Assembly (NCBI GenBank): GCA_040285855.1
Contig: JAUFOQ010000016.1
Coordinates: 1,674,001 to 1,738,000 of the forward strand
DNA: 64,000 nucleotides
Direction of reading: 5' to 3'
Source: Eukaryota sp. GEM-RC1
Taxonomy: Eukaryota
Shown: positions 47,629-59,878 of the stretch, piece by piece
Numbering within the stretch: position 1 is the stretch's first letter
Layout: each line of letters starts with the position of its first letter
Notes under the pieces: generated by a model
Database searches by the model: none
What the model was told of the DNA's origin: nothing
What the model saw: the letters and a program-made list of their open reading frames with translations, nothing else
Position numbers and translations under genes: made by a program

Positions 47629-49134
47629 GTGTTGTTGAAGAACGAAATACCAAACGTCCGATTTCACTTCTTTGCCAGTATTTCTAACATGCTGCTTAGC
47701 ATGCCTAAACTCAACGAAAACAGTATCTTTCGACATACTACACAGTCTCCATCTGAGATCTTTCAAGATCTCATAGAAAACCAACACTTCCGTGACTTCA
47801 GATGGGATGATGACCAGCAGCGGGTGCAAGGATTGCTGTCCTTCATCTACAATCTCTTGTCATCAAACACATCCTTCTTTCAACCATGTGTCCGGTACTT
47901 AGTTTCTTCTGTTGCTCAACAGCTAATCCCCACCTCCTCACTAGATCTCATCAAATCAGCACTTCTCAAATCATACCAACTCATTCCGTCATCCTTCAAC
48001 ATCTTTGTCAACCTTCTCATTTCTCACTTTCCCCATCGAGTTTCTCCGGTAGAGAACATTCTACAATACCTCCAATTACTGCTGTTCTTCATTGAATCTG
48101 TGCCGTATCTCAGATCTTCCCTTTGGGATGCTATAATCACCAGATTCCTAGAAATGGATGTGGAGATCAAAATCGAAGACATTATAGACTCTGATGATGA
48201 GGGTGATTGTTCAGAATCGGAAGGTGATGACGTCAGTGATGGAGATGAGTCCTCAAGTGACGTTGCAGCTTCTGATCTCGCTAGATCTACTGCGGAGAAA
48301 CTTGATCTCTGTATGATGGAAATATTTAATTTTATTTCAAATTTTCACTCCAAAAACAAACAACGATTTCTACCAGACCTCATGGAATATTTCTTTGACT
48401 CATTTGATAAGTTGTTACTAAAAACACACAAATCAAAATATACCCAATTTTTAATATTTTATTCGATTGCAATCTCAGCTAAGCCTGATTGTAAGAACGA
48501 TTCAGTGGATGCATTTGTTGCTTTTCTATTAAAAAGAATTCTTTCAAATGAATGCACTTCTAAGTTCAAACCAATTTGCACCGGCTATTTAGCCTCGTTT
48601 ATTGCTAGAGGACGTTTTGTTACACTTCCACTTGTTCAGTTTGTACTAGATATTCTGTCAAAGTGGTCTGTTAGATATGTTGATATTCATGGAATTTCTT
48701 CTGTTGACGTGGACTTTTCGGATCACATCATCTTTTATCACGTTGTTATTGCAATTCTTTATATTTGCTGTTTTCATTTAAAAGATATTGTTTCAGTTAA
48801 TGGTGGAATTGCCTTTGCAAAGTCTCTTAAACTCGAGTATATTTTATTATCCAAACTGAATCCTTTGAAAATGTGTCTAGAAACTGTTGCTAATGAATTT
48901 GCCAGAGTTGCAGCAGAAGTTTCTCTTTTAGACTGTAGAAGTTTGATTCAAAGTAACCGCTATCTTCTCTTGAGCAATTATGAAGAGACAGTGGTGGGAA
49001 GAAGTACGTTGGTTGACTCATTTTTCCCTTTTGATCCGTATTTACTGACTGAATCGCTGTCGTTTATTCAGCCTTTTTATCGGGAGTGGACTGGTGGTGA
49101 GGATAGTGATGATGAAGATATGGAGTCAGATTAA
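47629..49134 (+). CDS. RRN3: RNA polymerase I initiation factor RRN3/TIF-IA (start uncertain)
   Basis: FPH, LEMDVEI, AEKLD, LLKTHKSKYTQFLIFY, YLASFIARG, LNPLKMC, FFPFDPYLL. Confidence 0.93.
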   Translation: MLLKNEIPNVRFHFFASISNMLLSMPKLNENSIFRHTTQSPSEIFQDLIENQHFRDFRWDDDQQRVQGLLSFIYNLLSSNTSFFQPCVRYLVSSVAQQLIPTSSLDLIKSALLKSYQLIPSSFNIFVNLLISHFPHRVSPVENILQYLQLLLFFIESVPYLRSSLWDAIITRFLEMDVEIKIEDIIDSDDEGDCSESEGDDVSDGDESSSDVAASDLARSTAEKLDLCMMEIFNFISNFHSKNKQRFLPDLMEYFFDSFDKLLLKTHKSKYTQFLIFYSIAISAKPDCKNDSVDAFVAFLLKRILSNECTSKFKPICTGYLASFIARGRFVTLPLVQFVLDILSKWSVRYVDIHGISSVDVDFSDHIIFYHVVIAILYICCFHLKDIVSVNGGIAFAKSLKLEYILLSKLNPLKMCLETVANEFARVAAEVSLLDCRSLIQSNRYLLLSNYEETVVGRSTLVDSFFPFDPYLLTESLSFIQPFYREWTGGEDSDDEDMESD

Positions 49135-49397
49135 TTCATTGGGTCATAGTTATTAGTTTCTTTTTTTGTAGTTTTTGTTTGTGTTGGGGACGAGTCGTTT
49201 TTATTATCTAAATTTTTCTTAGGGTTGTATTGTACACTTTGGAAAACAATCTAAAACTATCTGTCCTTGAGGGAGTCTATTAGTTCGAGATGCGATCTAA
49301 ATTATATGGTTCCTTTTTAATTGATGAACCTTTGTTTTTCCTCGATGAAAGAACGAAGCATGAGATTAGGAGCAGTTCTTTCTATATCAATTGTTAT

Positions 49398-49471
49398 TCC
49401 CGCGTGGCGCAATTGGTTAACGCGTTCGACTCTTAATCGAACGATTGAGGGTTCGAGTCCCTCCGCGGGAG
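49398..49471 (+). tRNA. tRNA-Lys(CTT), intronless
   Basis: Acceptor TCCCGCG/CGCGGGA, anticodon stem TTCGA/TCGAA with loop CT-CTT-AA, T arm GAGGG-TTCGAGT-CCCTC, downstream T run. Confidence 0.95.
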
Positions 49472-49877
49472 AACATTTTTTCTTGATGAATCCACCGAAA
49501 GATTGGAATTAAAAACATGCTTGTTTGTAGGTACCATTCCTGTTGAACTTGGTCAATCAGAATTTGCATTTTTCCTTTTTGGTAGTGATGAAATTCTTTT
49601 CCGTTTTTTGACCTGATTTTGAGCCTATTCATATATTTCCGCATAGGAGATTCAGCTGATCAATTTGGCCGAATTTGTGTACTGTTTTCGTTGTCTCGAA
49701 GGATAATCAAATGCATTGAGTTATTTATACCGCATTTGAATTTGTACAAGAACTGCGGTGTTCAGGATTCTGATTCTTTGGTGTTTACAGTTTCTTAGGT
49801 TCTACTTTAACATTTTGGACTTTAAAAATCGTATTCGCTTGGCTAAGACTAGAGTCTCGCTTTTTGTGCTTTTTTGA

Positions 49878-50390
49878 ATGATATTTCTTCCAGCTCTGCG
49901 TCTTTTTTTTGTTTCTCGTTTGCCAAGAAAATTTTGTTTTAATCTTAAGGATCATGAATGGCTTATAAACATGAGACTTAGGTTAGGTTTATGGCCTTCA
50001 GGTCTTTTGAAGCATTCTCCATGTCTTTGTGGTCGTTCAAAGGCTTCAAATTTTCATCATTTAGTTAACTGTCATCAATTTATTCATTTTAGATCAATTA
50101 TGCACCACAGAATCCGGGATACATGTTTGGATTTGTTTAAAGCTAATGGTTTTCATGGAAAAATTGAACCTTTACCTGCTAATCTTTCTGATCAGCCAAA
50201 AGTTGATAGAAGTCGTGGTGATTTGATTGGTCCTTGGTTATCTTGTCAGGAAATTATCATAGATTTCACAACTGTTGTTCCTTGTAATTCAAGATCAATT
50301 TCCAACAAAATTTGATGATGATTTTTCTGCTCTTGAAGTGGCTGAAAAAGGAAAAAATACAAAGTACTACCATTTAATTACCAAGCATTT
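49878..50390 (+). pseudogene. Fragment of an RLE-type (CRE/R2-like) non-LTR retrotransposon C-terminus
   Basis: MRLRLGL, CLCG...HHLVNC knuckle, MHHRIRD, RGDL...IIIDFT, EKGKNTKY after a frameshift. Confidence 0.75.
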
Positions 50391-50892
50391 TTAACTTCAT
50401 TTGGTAAACTGTGTTCTGAGTACGGTCAAGTTTTCAATGAACATTTGTGGTCGAGTAGGTCAACGTTTGCACTGTTTCATTCAATGCACAGATATTTTAA
50501 TTCAATTTTAGGTAAGTTGTTTGGTGACGGCCAACATCTCCAACAATGTCAGTAGAAGATGGGTGCCGGAACGCTACTATTGAGTTGACTTTAAATTGCC
50601 CATCACATGGTTCTCTATCTTGAATGGTTTCGCGAGAATTCGATCAGAACAGCCTCAGTTTCATGAAGAAGAAGACGTGGTTGAACTTGCTGAAGAGTCT
50701 GCCGTTCACCATGTTGAAGTCTGAGCTACATGAAATCGTTGCATACCATCAAGAAGAATTTAATGAAAGAAAGCCTGATACTTGGTCCAAAAGTGATGAA
50801 GGTCGTGATGACGAGTATGTTATAGATGCATAATCATGAAGAATTTGAGTTTGATATGGTTCTCCAAAACCATAATCCAGACTAATAAAAAT

Positions 50893-51588
50893 CAGTGTTT
50901 CGGCAATACGCGTACTTCAGCCTAAATACGCCGTATTTGAACTTCTAAGTTAAGTACGTACTTCCCGTACTTATCGTACTTCTCTAACCCACCTACATTC
51001 TTATGCTCATCATCTCTGTTTCTTCATAGAATCCTGTTGAGCAATACGTTTCATCTGTTCTGAGTCGTTCATCCACCTCCATTTACACCAGTTCTCCTAA
51101 TACTCTTCTTAGTTTGGTACCCAGGCGTTCTTTTCAAACGATTGAGCACACTGTTAGTCAAGTGGAGTTTATTTCTCACGGTACACACAAAACTTTTGTA
51201 AACATCTGCTTTTATAGCACCTCTTATTGAGGGAATTAGCTAACATTGGCATCAAACCTACTGATGCACCTCCTGACGTCCTGAAAGAAGGGCTTGCTTA
51301 AGCGTTGAAGAATCCCTTCTTAAGACAAGTATTGTTCCACCTCTTGATTTCTGCTGAAGACCTTGAACTGATGTGTTTTTTTCAAGATGGTGATATAGAT
51401 TTTTATGAGTTCAATAAATGTTCATACAATATTGGTGTTGTTATGACCCCTTATCTTGAGAACAAAAGGGGTCAATCAATACAGATTAGACTCCAGAACA
51501 GGAAAGTACGTGAAGTACGTACGAGTACGTATTTACAAAGAAGTACGTACTTAACAAATTTGTACGTACACGAACTCCAAAAACACTG
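50893..51588. mobile_element. 696-bp non-autonomous hAT-type element
   Basis: TIR CAGTGTTT/AAACACTG; 8-bp TSD ATAAAAAT (50885-50892, 51589-51596); subterminal AGTACGT repeats. Confidence 0.85.
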
Positions 51589-51942
51589 ATAAAAATATAT
51601 GTAAATTCGTCTGGTCCAGACTAATACATATTTTTCGAACATCAGACCAATTAATCTTAGACACGCTTGTTTGAATATTGAAAGTGTACAGTCTGTTTTG
51701 AGCTTAGTTTCTTGGAGTTGTTATAGTTTGGATCATACATCAGTGATGTACAAAAATAGTAGCCGTAAATACGGTACCTTTGTAAGTTTGCCGTAAATTA
51801 TTTCCGTATTCATGTTATCAATAGTCAGTTTAATAATACTAAGGAATTCGTATATTTCAGTTCCCTTTTAAGTTTCATTCCTTTCATCGATGATTCAAAG
51901 GATGATAAAAACAGAATTACAAAGATTTATACATAATCAGTT

Positions 51943-53811
51943 CTACAATTCTGACTGCATTTCCTCAATAAGAGTGTCAAATTCAGAAGGATATTCGCCG
52001 ATAAACAATAAGAAATCCTTCATTCTCTTCACTTCAGCAGCCCACTGCTCAGAATTAAGGGTCAATATCTGATCAAGCTCTTCCTTATCGATATAAATAT
52101 CTTCAAGGCTCAACTCAGAAGCCAAGGGAACACGTCCAAGAGCACTCACATCATCCTTTGCATCACATCGTTCCAATGCCCACTTCAAAACACGGGAGTT
52201 GTGACCAAAGCCAGGCCAAATGAACTTTCCTTCAGAGTTAAGTTGGAACCAGTTTACCATAAAGATTTTAGGAGCATTAGGTCCACACATCTTTCCAATC
52301 TTGAGCCAATGCTGGAAATAATCCCCAACATGATAGCCAATGAAAGGCTTCATTGCCATAGGATCGTGGCCTAATACGTTTTGTTTAACATCTTGAGCTG
52401 CAGTACTGGCAGAGGACATACAACTAGCAAGTAAGACACCATGATCCCAGCTTTTAGACTCAAGACAAAGAGGAATAGTATCGTCCCTTCTTCCTCCAAA
52501 GAAGAAAGCTTCAATCTTTACACCTTTTGTAGATTCAAACTCAGGATCAATGATAGGACACTGACTGGCAGGGACAGTGTAACGAGCATTACCATGGGCA
52601 GCGGTTCGACCACAATCAGGAGTCCATTCTTGGCCTTTCCAATCAATCAATCGAGAAGGGATCTCCTTAGTCATTCCTTCCCACCAAACGTCTTGAGTTT
52701 CAGGATTGTAAGCACAATTCACAAAGAGCGAGTTCTTTTCCAAAGCCTTCATTACATGGGGATTTGTTTTATAAGAAGTACCAGGAGCTACTCCAAAGAA
52801 GCCAGCTTCAGGATTGATTGCAATGAGCTCATCATGTTCATTCTTTCTGATCCAAGCAATGTCATCTCCAACACAGGTGGCATTCCAGTCATTCAATGTT
52901 GGCTCGAGCATAGCCAAGTTAGTCTTACCACATGCTGAGGGAAAAGCTGCTGCAATGTACCGACGCTCTTGACCTTCCTTTTGCAGTCCAAGAATGAGAC
53001 AATGCTCAGCCATAGCTCCATTGGGGTCTTCTTTAGCCTTTCTACTGGCAATTCTTAGAGCAAAGCATTTCTTACCCAGCAATGAGTTACCACCGTAACC
53101 ACTTCCAATAGAGACAATAGAAGGATCACCATCAGTGAAGTGAACAATGTGACGGTTTTCAGGAGAGCATGGCCACGCAACGTCGTTTTCATCGTTGGAG
53201 AGAGGAACACCAACAGAGTGCAAGCAGGGAACCCACTCATTAGTCTCAGACATTACCTGTAAGGCCTTCGAACCAACTCTAGTCATTATAGCCATGTTGA
53301 CGACGACGTACTTGGAATCTGTGATCTCAATTCCATACTGAGAGAGATCTGATCCAATCGGTCCCATGGAAAAGGGAATCACGTACATTGTGCGTCCCTC
53401 CATGGTTTTAGTGAAGAGAGAAGTCAAATGGGCCTTCATCTCTGTTGGGTCAGCCCAATTGTTGAGAGGTCCAGCATCAGATTTCTCAGAGGAGCAAATA
53501 TACGTAGACTTGGGATTACGAGCAACCTAGAGTAAGTAAGTATACACTACACATACATCACGAGGATCGGATCGAGCCAAAAAACAATTCTGACGGGCTT
53601 CAAGTTTGGTAAGAGTACCGGAGAGGCAAAGTTCCTGTTTCAAGCGATGGAGTTGGTCATCTTCTCCAGTAATCCATTCAACATTGATAGGACGACAAAG
53701 ATCTGCTGCCTTTTGAACGAAGTCCGCTATGACAGAATTGTTGATCGGGCAATTGATAGGAATTTGGGAAAACTCAGTAGAATTGAGAGGAAACTTGGAG
53801 TCAGCCACCAT
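51943..53811 (-). CDS. PCK: GTP-dependent phosphoenolpyruvate carboxykinase; one intron
   Basis: ARSDPRD|VAR, GRTMYVIPFSMGP, GSGYGGNSLLGKKCFALRIAS, AAFPSACGKTNLAM, VGDDIAW, NPEAGFFGVAPG. Confidence 0.97.
53527..53556 (-). other. 30-nt spliceosomal intron (GTATGT...CTTAC-TCTAG)
   Basis: Removal joins SDPRD to VARNPKSTYICS; a retained intron ends in an in-frame TAG. Confidence 0.92.
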
Positions 53812-56229
53812 GAGGAAGAATAATGTGCAGGAAGAACAATCTTGGCATTTAAGAGAGAATCTGAAGGATTCCAAAGAAGTCAAGATGTCAATTGGTGATG
53901 TGATCATCTTAGGAAAAACATGTCATGAACAGATCAGTAAAAGTAGTTGCTCCTGACTTCACGATAAAGGAGATAGTACAGGATCGTCAACCAAAAAGAG
54001 ACGATGCGATTCAAGTTTGATTTGAATAAGGATCTTGAGATAGGATATTCCAACGAATGTACGTCATGTTAAGTGTCCTACGAGCGTCACGATGTGCTGA
54101 TTATGAAGTAGACGTAGTTGTGTTGATCAACTAATAGCTCAGATTTGGATTCCAAGGTTGTAAATTCTTCAGACTCCTTTTGTCACCTGGACTCCTGGGC
54201 GTTTACTGAAACTAGATCCACTTGTAAAGTACGTTCTATTTGAGACAACTTCCATGATTGTTTCCTTGTCCAAGCGACCAATTATTGCAGTCAAAATTGT
54301 TCATGAAGATTATCACATTCATCATTGAAGAATTAAACATCCAAGTATCTGCAAGTTCCATCAAACTTGAGAAGGACACATATTTAAATACCTTACAACA
54401 ATTATACATTCCATTACTCGCTGTTTTCTCGGCTACATATGAAATGGTGGACAGAGATGACAAGCGTTGAGAGAAACTTGAAATGTCAGAAACTGTAATG
54501 TTCATAATTCCAGTGTATACTCCATAAGCTCATGAGATAGATCATCAACTGCTGTGTGATAACAAATACTTGATATACTACTTATCTGATTTCTCTCAGA
54601 AATAGATGAATGCAGCAGGAAGCAGAGACAAGTAAGACGAATTTTTTATGGAACAAAAACAATAAGATAAACACAAATACTAGAACTCAATATCATTAAA
54701 GCAACAATCATTACCATTAAAACTCACATCAGCTTTTTTCTTCATAAAAAACACTGAGAGCTAATAGAGCTTTTGAAATCGTGATAGGAATTGTTTCAAA
54801 ATTTTTTAAAAACAATACGATTCAACCAACACTTGAAATCAAATTTCTTGTTCATTCTGTTTTAACAACTTACTCAAAATCAGAGAGAAAACAAAGAGCA
54901 TCTTTACCAAGTCGACCATAAATTGAAATTGCAAAAGGCATAATCTGTACTCAACATGTCTAGTTTGTTTGAGAGCAGTCAATGGTACATCATATTTGTT
55001 TCTCTTGTATTGTTCTGAAAAATCGAGTGGAGAAACTTCATTTTTAGCATCCTTGAATGCACTCTTTTGCAAACATCCACAGTAATCACATCAACAACCA
55101 TTAGTTCATTATTGACTGATGGAACTATGACATCAGCTCTTCTTTTACCTAAAGTCTTATCAGAATAACTATTTTTTTAAATTATTGATTTTTTAGTGAT
55201 CTCAACAGTGGCTCAACAAAAGATTCGATTTTGTAGGACTTACACAGACTGGGATTAGGCTGTGTTCTTTCACCTTGATCAATGTAGTGTGGTCGTGATA
55301 CTTTGACTAACTTTTATCAAAACATTGAAATTTATAGTATACGAATCTTGCCAGGGGGAGTAGAACGCTCTTTTGCAAGTTTCTTTTCTTGCAAACGGCG
55401 AAGACACCGGTGTAGACACGTGGGTTTTCACTGTCGATCCATATTCTTGATTGATTGTAGGAGAAACACAACTGCAGCGTTGAACAGGAGTTGGGGAATT
55501 GGTAGACAACATAGGATGTTTCCGGAACAACTTTGAGTAAGAGTTATTCCACTTGCGACGGGAAAAGTTTTCTCTTTGAACAGCCTGCTTCCAGAACTCG
55601 GACTCATAGGTGTTCATGATTGGTAAATAAACAACAGGGAATGTTCGATATTCTGACAGCTTCTCTGACAAGTTGACAATTCCATTGACAAGTCTCTATT
55701 ATGAAGACACCCGCCCTTTGGGACGTGCCCAATGATAAACTCAGTCGTACCACTCAAACCAATTTCAAGTCATTATGTAGCATTACTATTGTACACTAAA
55801 CATATCTCATGATACCACTCTCTAACCCTGAAACATCTCTACGTGTCATCCTGTCTTTATTTATAATTTCTACTACACTGTAGTTGAATTTTTACATAAT
55901 ATTTTTTGACTTTGATCTTCTCAATGAATTTACTTCGTCACAGTTGGGTGCTTTAACGAAAAACAACGGTAACATTCCTCTAATCCTGGTTAAAAGACCA
56001 TTGAATAGACTACACGTACTCACATTTTAGAGTTTAAAGAATGTCAAAAAGCTCATTTAAAAAAAGCCTGGACTAAACAGAGACTGAATGTTTTTACATA
56101 CTTGTTTAAAATTTCAATAACCAAAATTTGATATCACTGAACGATAAAGTTGAACACTGTAGTAGATTTGTAGTGAGGTTCAAAATTTGCTATTTTCACT
56201 TCTAGTTCCCTCTTGCTAGTTTTCCAATC

Positions 56230-57388
56230 ATGAACACACTCTTTGAAGAACTTTTGGGACAGGGTCGACGTTGTACAGTCTCGTTCTAAGAGCTCAGAAG
56301 ATGTTTTGAAGTATACTCTTTCTTTCTTTGATGAACTTCGCTCTGCATGTGGTAATTTCAGTAAACACATACGCAAAGCCTCTAAATACAGGTCCCTTCC
56401 TGATGACTCACATATACTTTCAGATGTCATGAACAACGTTCACTCCCATTTTCTCTCCGTCGCATCTTCTTTTGATGACATTAATACCCTTATTTCCTCC
56501 AGTATCTCCTCTCAACTTTCCAAAGTAAGAAAGGACTTAGAAAAGTGCAATAAGAAGCTTAAGTCTGACCACCAGGCAGTCTGCAAAGACATTGCAGCTG
56601 AACGTCACCGCCTTGAACAACTCCGCCAGTCCTATGTCTCAGCAGCCACTATCCACGAAAGAGCTAGCTATGATGCAGAACTGTCTCGTCTTCAGCTAGT
56701 ACCAGATGAAGAAGTTTCACGTAAGGTTAAACAAGCTAACGACACTGAAAAAGTACTTCACTCTGCAGATTCTACCTATCGTCTCTCAGTAGAAAGGGTT
56801 CGGGCCCTTGAAGAAACCAACGAAGAAGTCACCACACGTGTTTTAGCTGGTCATCAAGGAGCAGAGCAGAGTCTTTTGCTTCAGACACGTGCTTGGCTTA
56901 GTCAGTTGTCCGCTGCTTTGGCACCTGTGCCTGATGTTTGGTATACTGCAGTTAAGGAGATTGCAAAAGAGATTGACAGGATTAATGTTGACCAAGAGAT
57001 TAGTGACTTCGTTGAAAGACATAAGACTAACGCTCTGAAACCCCAACCAATTACTTATGTGCCTTACATGCCTTCCCTTGGTACTCCTTGTTTAATGGAC
57101 ACTCTCAAGATTGATGGTCAGAACAACGGGATTGGGTCACTGCACGATAGTAGTGTTGGAGCTTCCTCAGACATTGATGACGTCACTGATGACGAGACAG
57201 AGGATGAAGATGACGATGTTGGTGGTGGAGTTGTTGTTAAGTTTGGTTACACTGCTGATGAGAGTGATGAGTTGACTGTCACGGAAGGGGAAAGAGTTCA
57301 GTTGATTGGAGAGGAGAGTGGGGGTTGGATTAAGGTTGCCTCGGGTAGTGGACAAGGGCTTGTACCCTTTGCTTACTTGGAGTTGTAG
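56230..57388 (+). CDS. F-BAR plus SH3 domain protein; probable frameshift just after the ATG
   Basis: NFWD N-terminal FCH-like motif, long coiled coil, SH3 FGYTADESDELTVTEGE...GGW...GLVPFAYL. Confidence 0.85.
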
Positions 57389-57675
57389 GAGAATTGTAAT
57401 TATTTCAGCATTGTATATACCTTTTTGATTATTGTAAATATAGAATTGTATTTTTTTCGATCCCTGGTTAAAAGTACATACTGCACTATCCAAACTAGTT
57501 TTTTGAGTTCAACTGTAATTGTTAAAAACTGTTGTATCATCATCACGTCATTAACGATAAACATGATGACGTGGTTAAATAACAAAACTCCAAAAAACTC
57601 AAAAACTCAAGAAAAAAAAGAACTGCAAAGACCTCTTTTCAAGAATTCCGCGATCCAAATGGACTTAAGTATAAT

Positions 57676-58353
57676 TCATGGTAGAAAAGTTACTTTTTCT
57701 TTTTTCTTTTTTGGGGGAACAAAAGCAGGTCTAACCTCAAACTGATCAACTTTTGCACCGTACTTCTGTAAAGATCCACCACCGTCCAATACAATTTCAC
57801 TAGTTTTCTTCTGTTTCAACAAATTCTTAACCACATCCATATTTGCCTGCTCTTGTAAACGTTTAGTTACTGTATTCTCTTCCTTCTTCTTTTTAGCTTC
57901 CCTTTCTCTACGTTTAGGACCTGGATACCTGTTACTAAACTTATGAGACAAGTGCTTGTAAGCAGATCTTGGAGACAACAGATTGCCATCATCATCATAG
58001 TAATCTAACACAATGTCGGGCTCTTCTGCGTCCTTTGAATTAGGTTCAGGTACAGGTTTAACTTCAACAGAGGGCTTAACAACAGTATTTCTCCCGAGTC
58101 TAGCAAGAATAGCACTGACACCAGACTCAAGTGGTGGAGTAGAAGATACGGATTCAGGTTGAGCTGTTACTGATGTAGATTCAGGCAGAGTAGTGGAAGT
58201 AGTGGAAGATGAAGTAGGATGAGTAGGGGTGAGTTCTTCTTCATTTTGATAAAAAACATCATCAAAACTAGGAGGTTTAATGACAAAGTCTAGAGAATCA
58301 TGATCTGTCTCTCTTTCAAGGTTTTGATGTTTGAATTTAGGTCGTAAAGGCAT
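57676..58353 (-). CDS. SNU66: Snu66/SART1-family tri-snRNP protein (short form)
   Basis: PDIVLDYYDDDGNLLSPRSAYKHLSHKF...PGPK matches the conserved SART1 C-terminal block. Confidence 0.75.
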   Translation of the reverse strand: MPLRPKFKHQNLERETDHDSLDFVIKPPSFDDVFYQNEEELTPTHPTSSSTTSTTLPESTSVTAQPESVSSTPPLESGVSAILARLGRNTVVKPSVEVKPVPEPNSKDAEEPDIVLDYYDDDGNLLSPRSAYKHLSHKFSNRYPGPKRREREAKKKKEENTVTKRLQEQANMDVVKNLLKQKKTSEIVLDGGGSLQKYGAKVDQFEVRPAFVPPKKKKEKVTFLP

Positions 58354-58392
58354 GAAACAGAGAAAAGCAATTTCTCTACAATACCCAACAAA

Positions 58393-59665
58393 ATGTCGGT
58401 AGATACTTCTTCCCCATCCACAGCTAACTCTTCAGCTACCACTGCTACCCTCAATCTACTACAAAACCAGTTCCAAAAACTTGAAGAGGATATATTAATT
58501 GCATCAAAGGCCATTTATGAAGGTGAAGACGGACTCTGTAGTTTTTCTCGTCGTGTTGGTCTTGAAACCTTCAAATCCCCTCGTCAGAAACTGAATATCC
58601 TACTTCTTGGACCTAGTTCTTCTGGCAAAAGTTCACTCGCTAACTACCTTGCAAATGATGATATCCAACGGACTGGTTCTTCAATCACCACCACAGGTGT
58701 CCATATCCTTACTAGCGGAAGACGCCGGCAAACCATTGACTCAGAACTCTCCACTAAGCTCTTTTCCATGGCTAAAGGATCTTGTTCAGAAAGATCCTTT
58801 AGTTAGCTCTTTTAACAACTGAAGTTTCATCTAGTCAAGATGGAGTGTTTCCTTTGTTAAATTTGATTGATACAGCGGGATTGATTGATGATTTTGAGTT
58901 TCCTTTTGATATTGATTGCGCCATCGACTTTTTGCCAATCAAAGTGATCTGATATTTGTTCTTTTGACCCAATTACTAAATCATCCTCACCCAAATCAAT
59001 TGACGTCATATCACGTGTGGCAGACAATCATCCAGACAAAATTCATTTCTTCTTAACTAAGAGTGACACTGTTGAAGATGCAGAAGATTTAAACAGGGTT
59101 CTTAGTCAGACAGGAAGCTATCTGTCGAAACGTATTAATTTTAAACATTTAAATATTTCACCTATTTCTCTTCCATCTCAACAAAGTGGAAGATTTGATC
59201 AAAGTTATAATTGTTTATCGGATTTGGACAAGTTAATTGAGAATACACTTGACAAAAGAGTTCAAACTGCACTGTGTAGGTTAGAAAGTGATTGCAATTT
59301 GATTGAACAGGCAGTTGAGAATAAGTTTCATTGTGATTCATTAGTACGACGATCAAATTTTTAAAAAATGTATCCGAAACTGGTTCCTTCGCCTTTGTTT
59401 CACTTTGATTGTGATATTAATATTTCTACATTATTCTCTCAATTCTGAAGGAACAATATCAATTTTTAATTTCCGAATAGCCACTTTACCTGTAGTTTCT
59501 CTCGATTCCATTAATCGTATATCTGTTCTCTTTTCGAGGGTTTTTGAACACTCAATTGGTAGGAAAGTTGTCTTTGGATTGTTGACTTTCATAGTATTAA
59601 TGACTGTTATTATTCCAAAGTTTAAGAAGAATCTAATGGTACTTACACGCAGGGAAAAAAAATGA
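58393..59665 (+). CDS. Dynamin/EHD-like P-loop GTPase with two hydrophobic C-terminal segments; several frameshifts; 3' end uncertain
   Basis: ILLLGPSSSGKSS, NLIDTAGLID (~58860-58890), FFLTKSD. Confidence 0.65.
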
Positions 59666-59878
59666 GTTTAGGTTCATACTTAAAAAGCTAACTGAATTTA
59701 GGAGGGAACAACACCGTCTGTTTTGTGCTTTTGATAGTAATACTTTTCAAAAAACACGTGATGGTCGCGTGATTGACTTTACAAGGATAAAGATCATGTA
59801 TAGATGTTGGATTTATTAAATCAGAACCAATACAAATTGTTAATTTAACTAAGTGTTGTTATAATTTGAAACCACAAA

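Noticed and set aside
49398..49471. Anticodon-switched tRNA-Asn
   Set aside because: The body is equally compatible with known eukaryotic Lys(CUU) tRNAs; nothing demands a switch.
52441..52938. Antisense and overlapping ORFs in the track (also e.g. 2224-2652, 31547-31933, 24078-24635)
   Set aside because: Shadow frames of well-supported genes.
54236..55671. Short ORFs between PEPCK and the F-BAR gene
   Set aside because: No recognisable motifs; a product cannot be supported.
4208..59665. Genome-wide programmed ribosomal frameshifting or mass pseudogenisation
   Set aside because: Shifts occur in both directions and mostly in homopolymer runs of essential genes, with no shared slippery motif. 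Long-read indel error is the simpler explanation.
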